Source: Rhina ancylostomus (lineage: Eukaryota). Taken from it: a stretch of DNA of 64,000 nucleotides. The notes under the pieces are model-generated. The model was not told the DNA's origin, searched no databases, and was given only the letters and a program-made list of their open reading frames with translations. This document shows, one piece after another, positions 49,466-61,610 of this stretch. The translations under genes and the position numbers were made by a program. The DNA lies in assembly GCA_030265395.1 (NCBI GenBank), contig JARFYF010000066.1, positions 7,432,226 to 7,496,225 on the forward strand, in the 5' to 3' direction. Each line of letters opens with the position of its first letter. Positions within the stretch are counted from its first letter, which is position 1.

Positions 49466-50190
49466 CTGAATATTTTTGCATCTGATGCTAATCAGAACTC
49501 AATTGGAAAGGATCTGGGTCAAGCTTTTTGTTTCATTCAAGTGTGTAATAGTCCTAAATTGTTGGGAGCTTGCAGTAGACTAATCCATTTACCCAAAGCT
49601 TTTGCATTGAATACCTGAGTGGGGAAATGCCATCAAATGTCTTGGATGCAGATCTTAGTAACTGTGTTACTGGCTCTAGATTTTCTCAGCTTTCTGTATT
49701 TCATTTTTATGTACTTCAGAGCAACCTCTCAATATTTGCTATGGATCAAAAGTAGAAAATGTTGCAGGATGTGTCGATGTGCACAAGTTGGAGGAAAATT
49801 TAAAGAGCATTGGTGGCTTAATGTACCCATTAATGTACAGTACAAGGAACAATACCAATCACTCCTGGATGTTAAATTTGCCAACCCAAGTTTTTAAATT
49901 TCTCATGGAGACTTTAGAAATTTTTATGGGCAGAATGAAGAAAGAAAATTATTGGAGAATAGATGGGATGTCTGCCTATAAAATCAAGGAGTTGATCACT
50001 GCCAGAGCAGTGCTACTATCTAGTCCTGTCAGCAGGGTTGATGCTTCATGAATTGAAACTGAATATATTCCATAGAATTCTGGGTTCTGCTTTTAGAATA
50101 TTTTGCTTCAACAGTTACTTCTGTCAGGGTTTCCTCAAGCACTTAAATCCTCATTTAGTAGCACTTCCATGCATAATGTCTTCATATATA

Positions 50191-50335
50191 TGAACTAAAA
50201 ATGCTGAAGCACTTCATTCAGGCAGTGTCTGTGGAGAGTTTGTTTTGGATCTGAAGCAGTAACTGTTCCTCTCTCCACAGATGCTGCCTGGCTTGCTGAG
50301 TGTTTCCAGCATTTTTGTTTCAGATGTTCAGCTTC
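50191..50335. mobile_element. Penelope-derived palindromic element (decayed)
   Basis: aaaaatgctg...caggcagtgtctgtggagag and its inverse ctctccacagatgctgcctg...ccagcattttt. Confidence 0.7.
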
Positions 50336-51094
50336 AGGTTTTTTTCCCTCCTACCTGGAACTTGTTTACCTGTTTTGTTTTGCACAAGCCAGCTTCACAA
50401 ATCTTGTGAATGCATAATTGAACTTGAATTAAAATGTCTAGTTGAGGGGCTCATCACTTGTTTAGATTCTGAAGTGTAAACTTTGTTTTGCAGATAATCC
50501 AATTCTAGAGGCTTGATGGTAGCCACCTTGGTTGACCTTTTGAATATTGCTGATCTTGTAAGACTTGAGTAATGCAGAATTCATGATGTCTGTTCTATCT
50601 CCGGACTCCTATGGAGGTTCTGTCTGTAAAGCCCAGTGTAGAGTTTCCCTGGAGTTTGACCTGGGGAATCTTGTCCTGACCCTCCAAGTTGGACCTGGTT
50701 CAGGGCCCAGAGGTGAGCTGCAGGTTGAGGCAAAGGAACACTTAATTCACTCTGTCTTGGTATTCACTCTTAATGTCTCTAGAGAGGAAATGCCTCTGTC
50801 AGATGGAAACTAAATTTCTAATGGCACTGACAACCTGTAAAGCAGGGGATAGGAGCTTTCCTTTTCAGACTGCTTCTCCACTCTACCAAAGCTACTTGGA
50901 TTACATGGCCTTGGGCNNNNNNNNNNNNNNNNNNNNNNNNNNNNNNNNNNNNNNNNNNNNNNNNNNNNNNNNNNNNNNNNNNNNNNNNAGTACATTGGGG
51001 TGGGTGGGAGTGGGAAGAACCATGTTCCTGTCTCATTTGAAGTATGGCAAGGAGATTTTTAGTGTACACGAGAACCATTGAGCAATCTTTCTGC

Positions 51095-51300
51095 AAAGAA
51101 AGTTGCTGGAGGAAGTCAGCAGCTCAGACAGAATCTGTGGAGAAGAATGGACAGTCACTGTTTTGGGTCAAGACCCTTCATCTGGATGGATGAATGGTCT
51201 CAACCTGAAACATTGACTGTTAATTTCCTTCCACAGATGCCTGAGTACCTCCAGAACCTTGTTAGTTGTTCCAGATTCCAGCACTTGTAGTCTGTCTCTC
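51095..51300. mobile_element. Penelope-derived palindromic element with back-to-back hammerhead-like motifs
   Basis: Arms meet at ~51186/51187: cagtcactgttttgggtcaagacccttcatctgga | tggatgaatggtctcaacctgaaacattgactg. AGAACCAT at 51071 and 51305 may be a TSD. Confidence 0.7.
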
Positions 51301-52949
51301 CATAAGAACCATGGCTTTAGATCAGCAGTAGGATTTTCTGCAGGCTACATCATTCCACTGGACTCTTGCAAGTCTCTCCAAGAACACTTGTCCACTAATG
51401 GCACTGGGGTCTTAAGAATGATTTGCTTCAAGTCTTGGACTAAACACACTTTTAATCTGTTGCATTGGAGCTTCAAAAAAAAGCTTAGTTGAATAATGAA
51501 ACTCGTTGCCATAGCAGTTAAAAGCAATTATTTTTAAAACTTTGGAACTGGTATCTTGTTCTGCCTCAGTTAACTGTTGTGAAATCCTGGGATTGTCAGT
51601 AGGTCTTTGTAAGCACTGCCCGTGAACTGGAGGTGCAGAGATTTGCTGGAATGCTTCCAGACAAGAGCCTCTTTCTCCTTGGCACTGGAGACAATTAAAA
51701 GCAGTTGTTGGATCTGTTCAAAATCAGCTGGTTTTGATTTTAGAAATTTTTCACCTGATCTACCAACAGTGATTAGTTCCCTTGAGGTTTTGATTTGGTG
51801 TAAGTTTTCTGTTTGGTGTTTGGGGGAGGGGTGTGATAAAATTAATGTAATGAGGGATTCCTAATTCTGGTCTTAAGCTGCTGCATGTCATCAGGAATGC
51901 ATTTGTTGTGATTTTGCACAAGTCCTTAAATACTTCCATCCTATCTCTCCCACTTCTCNNNNNNNNNNCCGCCTCTTCCCCCCCCCCCCCCCCCGAATGT
52001 GTACACACTGTTGATACCCCCAAGAATCTGTAAATTTGTTTTATCCAGGAATTGTCTGCAAATCCAATCACCTATTCTCCAACCCATTTTAGGGGTCTCC
52101 CAACAACTTCAAGGAAACTTGCATCTTTATCTTTTCCTTTGCAATTGTTTGTCAACCATTAAGGATATAACAAAATATCGTAGTAATATCTATAGACAAT
52201 GATTGTTCTTTTAAATGGTTCTTAAAGGGTGACATTTAATGTGACTGGCTGCTGGTTGACATTGCTGCTAGTAAATTATTATAAATGACCTTCTGAAATG
52301 TGCTTGAGGCAGCAAGGATAACTTATTAACAAAGGACTTTGAGCTTTGTCACTTCTCTTTAGCTCCATAGGTCTAGCTATTTGGTTTGTACAGATATAAT
52401 GAGGCCTCTGTTGATCCATTGTTAACATCCATACCTTTTGCTGTTTTCCTTGTCCTCCACTATAAGATGCACCATTCATATTGGCCCTTGGGGGTTTGCA
52501 CAACTGCTTGTAGGCACTAATTATTTAACTGCACATGCTAATACTAGTTGTTCCTACCAGCTCGGAACTGTAAGGTTACTTCATCTTGTAATTAAAATGC
52601 ATGAAGCCTTCTCCAAATTAGAATTAAAACTGGACATATTCTATCTGAAATTACTTCTCATCAACACTATGGTTAATTATACTTGCTTACTCATGGTTGA
52701 CTGGCTTCAAAATCACATCCTAAATGAAATGAGTTCTAACCATCTTTGCCCAGTTTTAGCACTTTAAACAGTCTGTCACATGCTTTTTTAAATAAAGGCT
52801 TAAATTCAAGGCTGTAATGTTGTAATTTTAGGAAGCTTCCCTACTTAGTCCAATCTTCTGTTTGCCTTGTGTTCTGTTTTTTTTAAAAAAAATTGAGGGA
52901 ACTCTCCACTTTGCTTTAGATATTGCCATAATGAAATATCCAAAAAGGA

Positions 52950-53450
52950 CATCACAGTAAATGTTGATACTCAAATCAAGTGAAGGCCCACCAGATGCCT
53001 GTACACTTCACAACCTGCTTCAGAACTGAGACGACAAACTGCTGGAGAGATGACCCTTGGATGCATAATGTTTTGTTTTAGGTCTTTAAGCTGCTGTACC
53101 TTTTTTTTTACAATGTGAGTGTGCAAGATGTTGGTCCTTCCCAATGCCTCATCTGCAGAAAGAATGCCAATGAGTTCCTCTGCCATTCAGTGAGTGACTT
53201 GTAACCCAACTCCATATGCCTTCTGAGAATGGTAATCAGAATTGAATTGATGTAGAATTGGAACCCATTGCCCTTGATAGAAGTTGTTTGGAATATTTCT
53301 ATACTTTGCCTGAAAAGCCTTTTCCTTAAAAATGCCTGAATGTTGTTTAGGCTTGGTTCACTGACCCTACGCTTCTTGATTGTAGTTGACAGCACTGAAA
53401 TGAGCCCTTTTGCCTACCATAACTATGCTGACCTTCTGTCTCTATCTACA
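52950..53450 (-). mobile_element. Decayed Gypsy-like pol remnant (RT N-terminus)
   Basis: Minus ORF 52971..53186 LSADEALGRTNILHTHI...VQQLKDLKQNIMHPRVISP resembles Gypsy LGxTxxxxHxI...GIIxPSxSP. Confidence 0.4.
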
Positions 53451-54346
53451 CTGGTCAAATTTTGCCCACATTAGGTCTGTCCTTGTATCTGATTCTTCCA
53501 CCTCTGACAGTGCAGTCCAGGTATCAACTACTGCGTCTGCTCTCCCTTCACACCCTCTTTATTTTTAAAGAACTCCTTCCCCTTGATTAAGAGGGCACAG
53601 GTTTTTGATATCCATATCACAGGGAAAAATTTTAATTATTTGCCTTAACTTTGTATATCAGGTCAAGTATTTTTATCCATCCATAACATTCTCTTTCTGA
53701 GCATGTACCTTGCTTAGCACTTGGAATGTGTTCTCCCAGGAATGAGTACTTAGACTGTGCTAAAGTGGTTCATTGTAGCATGTGGAGGTGTACAACTGAC
53801 AGTACTTTGGCAGGAATCTGGCACAAACTCTCCCTCTGGCACTTGCCCACAGTTCAGTGCAGAGGTGCTACTTGTGAGTTGAGATGTGGGGCTCAAGGCT
53901 GCACAGTGAGTGTGGGCCATTACCAGGGACTCGTAGCTCCATTTGTTGGCAGACTGCCTGGATCGTCTGTTCTCCCTTATCACCCCCTGACAGTGAAGGA
54001 AGCTGCTGTCTCCCACTCGTGCTGTGCAGTACTCCAACACACAGACTTTTCTCTGGTTACTAGCTCAATGGCTAGCACCGACGGCTGAGCTTGATCCCAT
54101 AGAAGTGTCTGGGTTAGGGGAGGTGACAGTTTCTGCCACATCCACCAGGAGCTGATGAGGGAGGCTGGGGATCTAGGTGGCCTGTCAATGCATGGAGCCA
54201 GTCCATGGCAATGGCCAACATGGAGTGCAGCCCTAAGCCTTGCATATCAATGCTGATTGGCTGAACTGCATGTCCTGGCCCTTGGAGACCATTCCAAGCC
54301 ATGGGTAACTCTTTGCTTTGGGAATATATTCTTGCCAAGTTCCTGA

Positions 54347-54398
54347 TATAGCAATGAACAGCTCGAGCAAGCTATAGCAATGAACAGCTCGAGCAAGC
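54347..54398. repeat. Perfect 26-bp tandem duplication
   Basis: TATAGCAATGAACAGCTCGAGCAAGC at 54347-54372 and 54373-54398. Confidence 0.95.
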
Positions 54399-54739
54399 AT
54401 CTTAACTACAGGGGTAGCTCCTTGTAACTGTTTGGAATCCAAGACAAAGCACTATAACAAATTGGTCTGTGGATGGAGTTAAATGGTACTAATCTATCTT
54501 CAATCTCCACCCTCCATGCTGCTACCTCTTTTCCCCCCCCCCCCCCAAACATGCACTGAATTCAAGGGAATTAAATAGTGTAATCATTCATCGTAACTGG
54601 CTCATTGGTCTTTGAAATTTCAATGTATGGAGCCCAGAACCCAGTACCCCAGGTGTGATCTAATCATAGTTCTAGCTGTAGCACCAATTGCATGACCAGT
54701 ATTCCATTCACCTTGCCTTAATTTGTTTCACACTTAAAG

Positions 54740-55030
54740 GTCATTTGGCCCATTGGATCCATGATGGTTTCTTGGAGTAATTCCATTTCCCTTCATGTAC
54801 CCCATGACTTGTTCTCTCTCTCTCTCTCTCACACATCAACTTCGTTTTGATTCTTGCCTTTATCCCATACTAAAAGGTAGAGTACAGAAGCCATTTAGCC
54901 TACCAACATGTCTTTGGGGTGTGAGAGGAAACTCACATGGTCACAGAGAGAATGCGTACAATCCACACACACCAGAGGCAAGGATTGAACCTGGAGGTGA
55001 GGCAAGTGCTCCAACCGCTGAATCATTGTC
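54740..55030 (-). mobile_element. V-SINE, decayed
   Basis: agcctaccaacatgtctttggggtgtgagaggaaac...gagaatgcgtacaatccacac...ggattgaacc. Confidence 0.75.
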
Positions 55031-55221
55031 ACCTATCTGTGCCACCTCCAGGTCCAACTTTTAGCCATCATTGCTATTTAATAGTATAACTAGAGTTTGC
55101 CACAATCGCCACCTTGGGTTTGCCACAGCCTGGAGCCAAACACAACTGGGTATAATAATGTAAGGGTATCTTGTGAGAAGTGACTCCTGATGGCCCACTC
55201 CCACCACCACCCCCAAAAGTA

Positions 55222-55535
55222 GGGGCAGCACAGTGGCATAGCTAGTAGAGTGCTGCCTCAGCTCCATTGGGCTGACACTGATGTCAGCACCAATCCTGAC
55301 ATCTGGTGCTGCCAGTGTGGAGTTTGCCTATTCTCCCTGTGGCTTTCCCTAGGTGCTCTGGTTTCATCCTGCATCCCAAAGACCTGCTGATCAGTAGGTT
55401 AACTGGCTATTCTAAATTGCTTTTGGTGTGTGTGGTTCAGTGGTAGAATCTGGGGGAGAATAAAATGAGATTAACGTAAATGGGTGTTTGGGGTGATCTC
55501 ATTGGACTGAAGGACTTTTTTTTGTACTATATCTG
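55222..55535 (+). mobile_element. V-SINE with CR1-type tail
   Basis: ggggcagcacagtggcatagctagtagag head; V-core ctaggtgctctggtttcatcctgcatcccaaagac; tail attggactgaaggac. Confidence 0.8.
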
Positions 55536-55689
55536 GCTATTTGCCATCTAAAATTTGGAGACCAGTGTGTGAAGCAATTTGCTTGCCTGCAGAAATAACT
55601 CTGCTCAGAAGTTTGATCCAGAATTGTTACCACACTAACCTAAATGTTTTCCCCAACCTCTATTGTATCAGTGCATGTTATCTACAAAA

Positions 55690-55945
55690 GTTACCCCACA
55701 GCATCTCCCAAACCTCCAACTTCTACCACCAACAGGAGATGAGGGCATTGGTGTAGGGGAGCACCATCAGCACATTGCCCTCCAGTTCACGCGCACCATC
55801 CTAATGGAATTATCACCATTTCTGCACCTGATTCAAATCCTGGCAACTTTTAACAAACATCAGTATGGGAATATGTGGGCTAAGGCAGCAGCTGACAACA
55901 TCTGCTTGACCATTTGGGTATGAGCAGCAAATGCTGGCCTCTAGC
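55690..55945 (+). mobile_element. LINE 3' end (same family as 22225-23280)
   Basis: ...gcaccatc...ccctccagttcac...aaggcagcagctgacaacatctgc...gcagcaaatgctggcct. Confidence 0.55.
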
Positions 55946-56139
55946 CACAAATTTGGGAAGGAGGGGGATAAACTATTTGGTTCAAAGAAGGAGGCCTCCT
56001 ACCTGAGACATCTTATATTCTGCCTAATCTTGTAATGTTAACTCATCAGCAAATTTTGATGTTTGGCTCTCCCTAACCATCTAACATACTAATTGTGTGT
56101 TCCCTGTATGCCTAAAAGTTGCTTTTTTTTCTCACGTGT

Positions 56140-56310
56140 CCATCTCTCCCTTTTTGCTACTCTCAAACACTACTGGTAACTTAGCAGCCAAGTAACCTCC
56201 TAGTCCATGCTGGGATGTGAAAAGAGCCCAATCCATCACAGGAAGAATGTGCAAACTCCACACACGCACCAGAGGTCAGGATTGAACTTGTTACCTGGAA
56301 CCATTGGTGA
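56140..56310 (-). mobile_element. V-SINE, decayed
   Basis: gaagaatgtgcaaactccacacacgcaccagaggtcaggattgaac. Confidence 0.7.
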
Positions 56311-57889
56311 CCAATAGACAGAACCCAGATTTCCTGACTGATCTTCAAACCTGGTGCTCCCTCTTTATTCAGGGCAGCTCTGTGGGGTCTTGCACACCTC
56401 TCCAACTCACTTCACCTGTTAATTAAAATTGTGGGCCAGGTTTGGTTTTAAAGTTTGCTCTTGCAAGATTTTTTTGACTGAAGCTTCTGCTTAGAATCCT
56501 TTCTCATCAGTCTAGCCAGCAACAGTTGGAGATGTGTTGCTTTAACTTGAACTGATTTTTGTCCTTTTGATTTCAAAAGCAAATTTCCCATAAGACTTCC
56601 CCTTTTGTGGACCAATACTTCATTTGTAAGCTACGAGTGTGAAACTGGGCTTGACTTCTTGAAGTGTTCATTTCGTAAATTGGTTTGGGCTGTTCAGCGG
56701 TTGGGATTTTGATTTGGATTGTGGTTGCAGTAAAGAGACTAGTCTGGATATGTTTACTTCCTTTCCCACAACCTTCATGGCTCTTGTGGTTGGGAATTTG
56801 ATCACTTGCACCTGACCTCCATTTAATGGTGATTGGAAGCAAGATTAGAGTCCCATTTGCCCAGCTGTTAATTTCAGCCTAAAGTATCATGAAAGAATTT
56901 CCCCTTCAGTTGGTTTCCTGATGGTTTTGGGGCAGTATTAGGGGGTGGTTTTACCATTTCCTAGGTTATTTATCTGGTCACATCACATTACTTCGAGTGA
57001 ATAAGCTACCCCACTTCCTTCCTTATGCAGTACCTATATTTTGAAAGGGTTGAGTAAATGTTCATTTAAGACTGGTTAGGACACATTGCTAAAAACAGCA
57101 TGCATTTCTGGAGAATAAGTAGCTTCAAATGGAATTTTAGTAACCTTACTACAGGCACATGGTTGGTTCAAGAGCTCCCAACACCACTTTCCCTGAGGTC
57201 TTTGGGAATCTGTCCACATAATACTCTGGAACAAGATACTTGGCTTGTTTTTTGTACATTTATTAATTTCACGGTAGTCTTTGGCAAAGCCAGCACTTAC
57301 TGATCATTCCTAATGGGCATAAGGTCTGGCTGGTGTTCTTCATGGTGCTTTTGATCTGATATTTTGTGCACAAGTGTAATTCTAATATGAAAGCTTGATT
57401 CTCAACTTTAGAAGTTTACTCTGACTGTAATTTCGCATACACTCTGCCAAACTCCCTGATGTTTTGTGAATCGTGGATTTGTTGGCTTTCATCTTAGTTT
57501 TCAAACATCAGTCTGTTTCTGGTTGGAGATTAAGCAGCAAAATCTTGGCTTTAGATGGGCAAGTTAAATCTTAAATAGCACAACTTTTCACCTGAGCTTC
57601 TACTCATTCACGGGACGTGGGTGCCACCAGCAACGCCAGTCCCTGAACTGAGGCAATTCAGAGTCAACCAAATTAGAGTAGAGCCAGACTGCAGGACAGA
57701 CTTCCTTCATTTGAAAGACTTTAAGGTAAAAGTAGCAAGAGAACTGGTAGCAAATGTGAATTATTACAATAACTAGTTAACTATGGGCAGACCCAGTTTT
57801 AGCTGTTCTCCAAACCAATTGATCCTTTCAATGATTGTTAGGTGAAGTTTTTCAGATGAGATGAACAAGATGGTTTCCCCAAGAGTGTC

Positions 57890-58735
57890 AGAGTTGCAAT
57901 GTTGGAAGCACTCTGGTCAGGCAGCATCAGACAAAAACAATCTTGCAGGTCTGGGGCACTTTCTCATAACAGGAGTTTTCAGGAACAGAGTTGGGGGGGA
58001 AGGTGGGAAGAAGAGACCAGATGAGTAACTGGTGCAGATACTTCGTGTAATGTGATGCTAATGGTAAGAGTATGGGATATATCCAGCAAGGCAGACAATA
58101 TAAATAAAGAACTAAAGTGAATGCTAGGAGGGGCCAGTTCTAATAACAGGCAGAACAAGCAAGCTAACTAAAGCTGGAGATTCATTATAGTCTGGAAGGT
58201 GATAATATAGCCAGATGGAAGATGTGATTGATGCCCACATTGGGCTTTTTTAACAGTATATGAGGGCAGCAATACAGGTCTTAGTTGGTGGCAGGCAACT
58301 GGAAGCTTGGTCTCCTGCTGACTAAATGCAGGTGCTCTGCAAAGCAGTTGCCCAATTTGCACTTGGTAGAGGGGAGCACATTGTGAACAAGATTTGGTGG
58401 GGGGGGGGGGTTGAAGAGAGGAGTGCAACTGAATTGCTGCTTCACCCAAAAATGTTTGGGTCCCTTGGTGGTGGGAAGGGAAGAGGCTGAAAGGGCAAGT
58501 GTTCCACCTTGTGCAGTTGCCTAGGGGCGTGCTGTAAATTGGTGAGTGTTTGTTGGGGATGGAAGAGCTGACCAAAGAGTCTCAAAAGGAGCAATTCCTG
58601 GAAATGCTGGAGAGGGGATGTCTGGTGGTGGAAATCATGAAGGGTGATCTGTTGAATGCGGAGGACAAGGGGAATTCTGTTCTTGCTTTCTCCAGAAGAG
58701 TGGGTGAAATGCAGTCGGGAGCCCCCAAAGACTGA
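57890..58735 (-). mobile_element. Penelope-like element remnant (RT-EN linker, GIY-YIG endonuclease, pLTR end)
   Basis: Minus ORFs 58442..58801 (RIPLVLRIQQI) and 58168..58575 (GNCTRWNTCPF, CSQCAPLY, LPVACH) match Penelope RIPLVLTxHP, CxxxRCxTCP, CxxCxxxYIGET and LPVAxHF. It ends in gatgctgcctgacc. Confidence 0.75.
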
Positions 58736-59019
58736 AAATAATGCAATACCACTTTTGTCTTGACTACTTTGGAAAATCCCTAATTTCATTCTTCTATTCA
58801 AAATCTTTAAGTTTTAAAAATCTTGAGTAATTTTCTCCCAGTTATAACTTAGATCACTCTTCCAACATGTACAATCAAAGGCAATTTTAGTTTGTCCAGG
58901 ATACTTTTTTTAATCTGCTTTTATAAGTTCACTAGCCAATGGTGAACTGGTTTGGTTTTCTAGGAGCCAACAGTATTGGCTGCTCTAAATAAAACATTGA
59001 TGCTCTCCAGACATGGAGA

Positions 59020-59130
59020 CTAGTTGATGTTCAACTATTTTATTTTGTAATTTATAGTAATTTTATCTTAGCACTGTACTGCTGCAAAGCAAATTTCATG
59101 ACATAAGTCAGTGATAATGCACCTGGTTCT
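59020..59130 (+). mobile_element. Rex1-type 3' tail just upstream of exon 7
   Basis: gcactgtactgctgcaaagcaaatttcatgacataagtcagtgataatgcacctggttctg. Confidence 0.5.
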
Positions 59131-59248
59131 GGTGCCATTAGTGCACAGAATACCAGCCTGCAAATTGAAAGCCAAAATCTTTCTGCTGTGTGCAGACTCT
59201 CCTAAGTTGGTGGTTTGCAAGTACAATGAAGTGAATTTTTTGTTTCAG

Positions 59249-59311
59249 ATGCGCTGGTACCCTCCATCTGAAGCTTCTCCACAAGGATGGAAGTCTCGTC
59301 AGTTTTGCTAA
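59249..59311 (+). CDS. RBPMS2: RBPMS2 last coding exon (exon 7): [20 protein letters not shown]
   Basis: Acceptor ttttttgtttcAG ends at 59248; TAA stop at 59309-59311. Canonical RBPMS-family C-terminus (QGWKSRQFC). The exon continues 7 nt (gtgttta) to a GTAAGT donor at 59319. Confidence 0.96.
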   Translation: MRWYPPSEASPQGWKSRQFC

Positions 59312-60071
59312 GTGTTTAGTAAGTATCCTGATATACATGCTTGCACTGTTCCCCTTTTTACTGTCCCCCATTGCCAATGCTCCTCCCTTTTACTCCAATT
59401 TCCTACAGTCAAGAAGTATCTTGTTTAGTTTAACATCCTATCCTTGACCTACAATGGGCTAAAATTGCTCATATTAATACAACACCAACTTTTATCTTGA
59501 CAGCTTTGGGAAGTCCTTCCAANNNNNNNNNNNNNNNNNNNNNNNNNNNNNNNNNNNNNNNNNNNNNNNNNNNNNNNNNNNNNNNNNNNNGAACTTTTTT
59601 CCAACGTGTGTTTTTCTGTATTTGTCTTATTATCCAGTTCACTCCCTCTTTACAGGACCATTGTAATATATAGGAGGCTGTGTGTTCTGTGGGACCCTCC
59701 ATAACTTTTTTTTATTCTCCCCCCCCCCCCAAACAAAAAACCTTCTGCTTTTCCCGTGTTGTGCAGAATTGATGAATCTGGTTTCTGTAGTAATCTGATT
59801 CTCTTCAGTGTTCTAGTTGCCCTGGTCAGTGGAAAACCTTCAGGACTTTAAACATTTTCTCCTTTTTAGTATTACAATTTTCTCTATTGGACTTCCTAAA
59901 TCTCCAGCTCTTATTCTGGTAAATCTCCTGTATTCCCAAGACTCCTGCATCCTTCCCAAAATGTTGGGGAGGAAATGGGGGTGCACTCTGGCTGAGGGTC
60001 TACCAATAATTTATAAAGGTTCATCCTTGTTACATGCTGTAAGTATCTTGTATTGCAGCCCTGTTCTCTAG

Positions 60072-60260
60072 GTGAATCAAGATCAAGGAGTTGACAGGGT
60101 GGATGTAGAGAGGTTTCCTCTTGTAGAAGAATCTACAACCTAGGAGGTCGCTTTAAAAATAAGTGGTCACCTTAAAGGGGGGGGGGGGAAACATGGTTGC
60201 AAATCTTTGCTTTGAAGGGTGGCAAGGACTTTGCATATTATTAGGACTTGGTAGGACACT
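60072..60260 (+). mobile_element. CR1 3' fragment (left arm of inverted pair)
   Basis: gacagggtggatgtagagaggtttcctcttgtagaagaatcta is CR1 DRVDVERxFPL-like. Confidence 0.7.
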
Positions 60261-61089
60261 AAATGGGCACAAAGCTATCAAAAACAAGTACTTTATTGTA
60301 CTTGTTTGGAGTAGACTGGGGATCAGTCCTTTCTGAAGCCCTTTTTCCTGGAATTTCCTGGCATGGCACCTTATTGCAACATTAACCAGCAGCTCGTCAT
60401 GTAACAATCCTTGCTATCTGCAGGCTGTTATATTAGTGGGTTCTTAAGTAGTTGACTATGAAAATTCAACTATTGCCCATATTTTGCCATATAGGTTGAT
60501 TAAAAAGCAAAGGGATTATCATGGGGTTAGTGTAAATGGGTGTTTGACGATGGCATAGATCTAGTGTGCTGTGTGTCTTGGAGTCTGGATCTGCCTCTTG
60601 CCCAAGATTTGCCTGGCATAATGGAAATGAAGTTGTAGAGTCATGCAGCATGGAAACAGGCCATTGAACCAATGTCCACACTTTTGTTGTCTCATCTTGC
60701 CACACATGGTCACTGTCCATTCATGGCCTGTAGGTACACTGTGCACATCTCCACTTGTAGATGTGTCTTATCATGTCCTTTTGTAGCTTGGAAGCAATTA
60801 TCTTGTACTTGAGATTGGGTCACCTTGTACTCAGTTCATCTCCCTTGAAGAATGGTTTGAGGACCTGTTTCTTTCCAGTCCAATTAAGTTGGTCCAGGCA
60901 CTACATAGTTAATTTAGTGGCCACGTTGATCTTGTATTAACTAGAATATGCCCTTGATGGGCTTGGCTCAGTGTGTTGGCTGCATGCAAGCCTCTTTTCC
61001 TGAACTGTGCAAAGTCCTTTAATCTATTCTCTAACCTGTGATCGCAACAGTAATGATCTATGGTTTTGATCTTGCACATTATTAGCACA

Positions 61090-61610
61090 ATTGGCCTGCT
61101 CTACCATTCAATAAGGTCATGACTGATCTGACTGTAACCTTTGCATTCCTCCTTACCTCCTAGTGGCCTTTCAGCCCTTTACAAATGTCAGTCTACCTCT
61201 GTCTTAATAATATGAAGTCCATGCCACTCTTCAAAGCAAAGATTTGCAACCCTCTTTTTCCCCTTAAGGTGACCACTTATTTTTTTTAGTGACCCCTTTN
61301 NNNNNNNNNCCCCCCCCCCCCCCCCCCGCCCAAAGTTGTAGCTTCTACAGGAGGAAACTTTTCCACATCCACCCTGTCAGGATGCCTTTATCTTCACATG
61401 TTAATCAAGTTCCATCTTGCTCTTATAAACGCCAGCAGATACAAGCCTTAATTGTCCAGCCTTTCCCTCCTTAGGACAACCTGCTCATTCCAATTTAGCA
61501 AAGCTTCTGAACTGCTTTCAGTGCATTTGTATCTTTAAATTGGATTCTGACACATCATGCCATTCTCCTGACAATCTCACCAATGCCCTATGTAACTGAG
61601 GCATAACATC
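61090..61610 (-). mobile_element. CR1 3' fragment (contains right arm of inverted pair)
   Basis: Inverse CR1 tail cctgctctaccattcaataaggtcatgactgatctg, and ttccacatccaccctgtc. Confidence 0.75.

Noticed and set aside
5807-59311. Calling the gene RBPMS rather than RBPMS2
   Set aside because: [41 protein letters not shown] and YTTELTPAI are RBPMS2-type residues.
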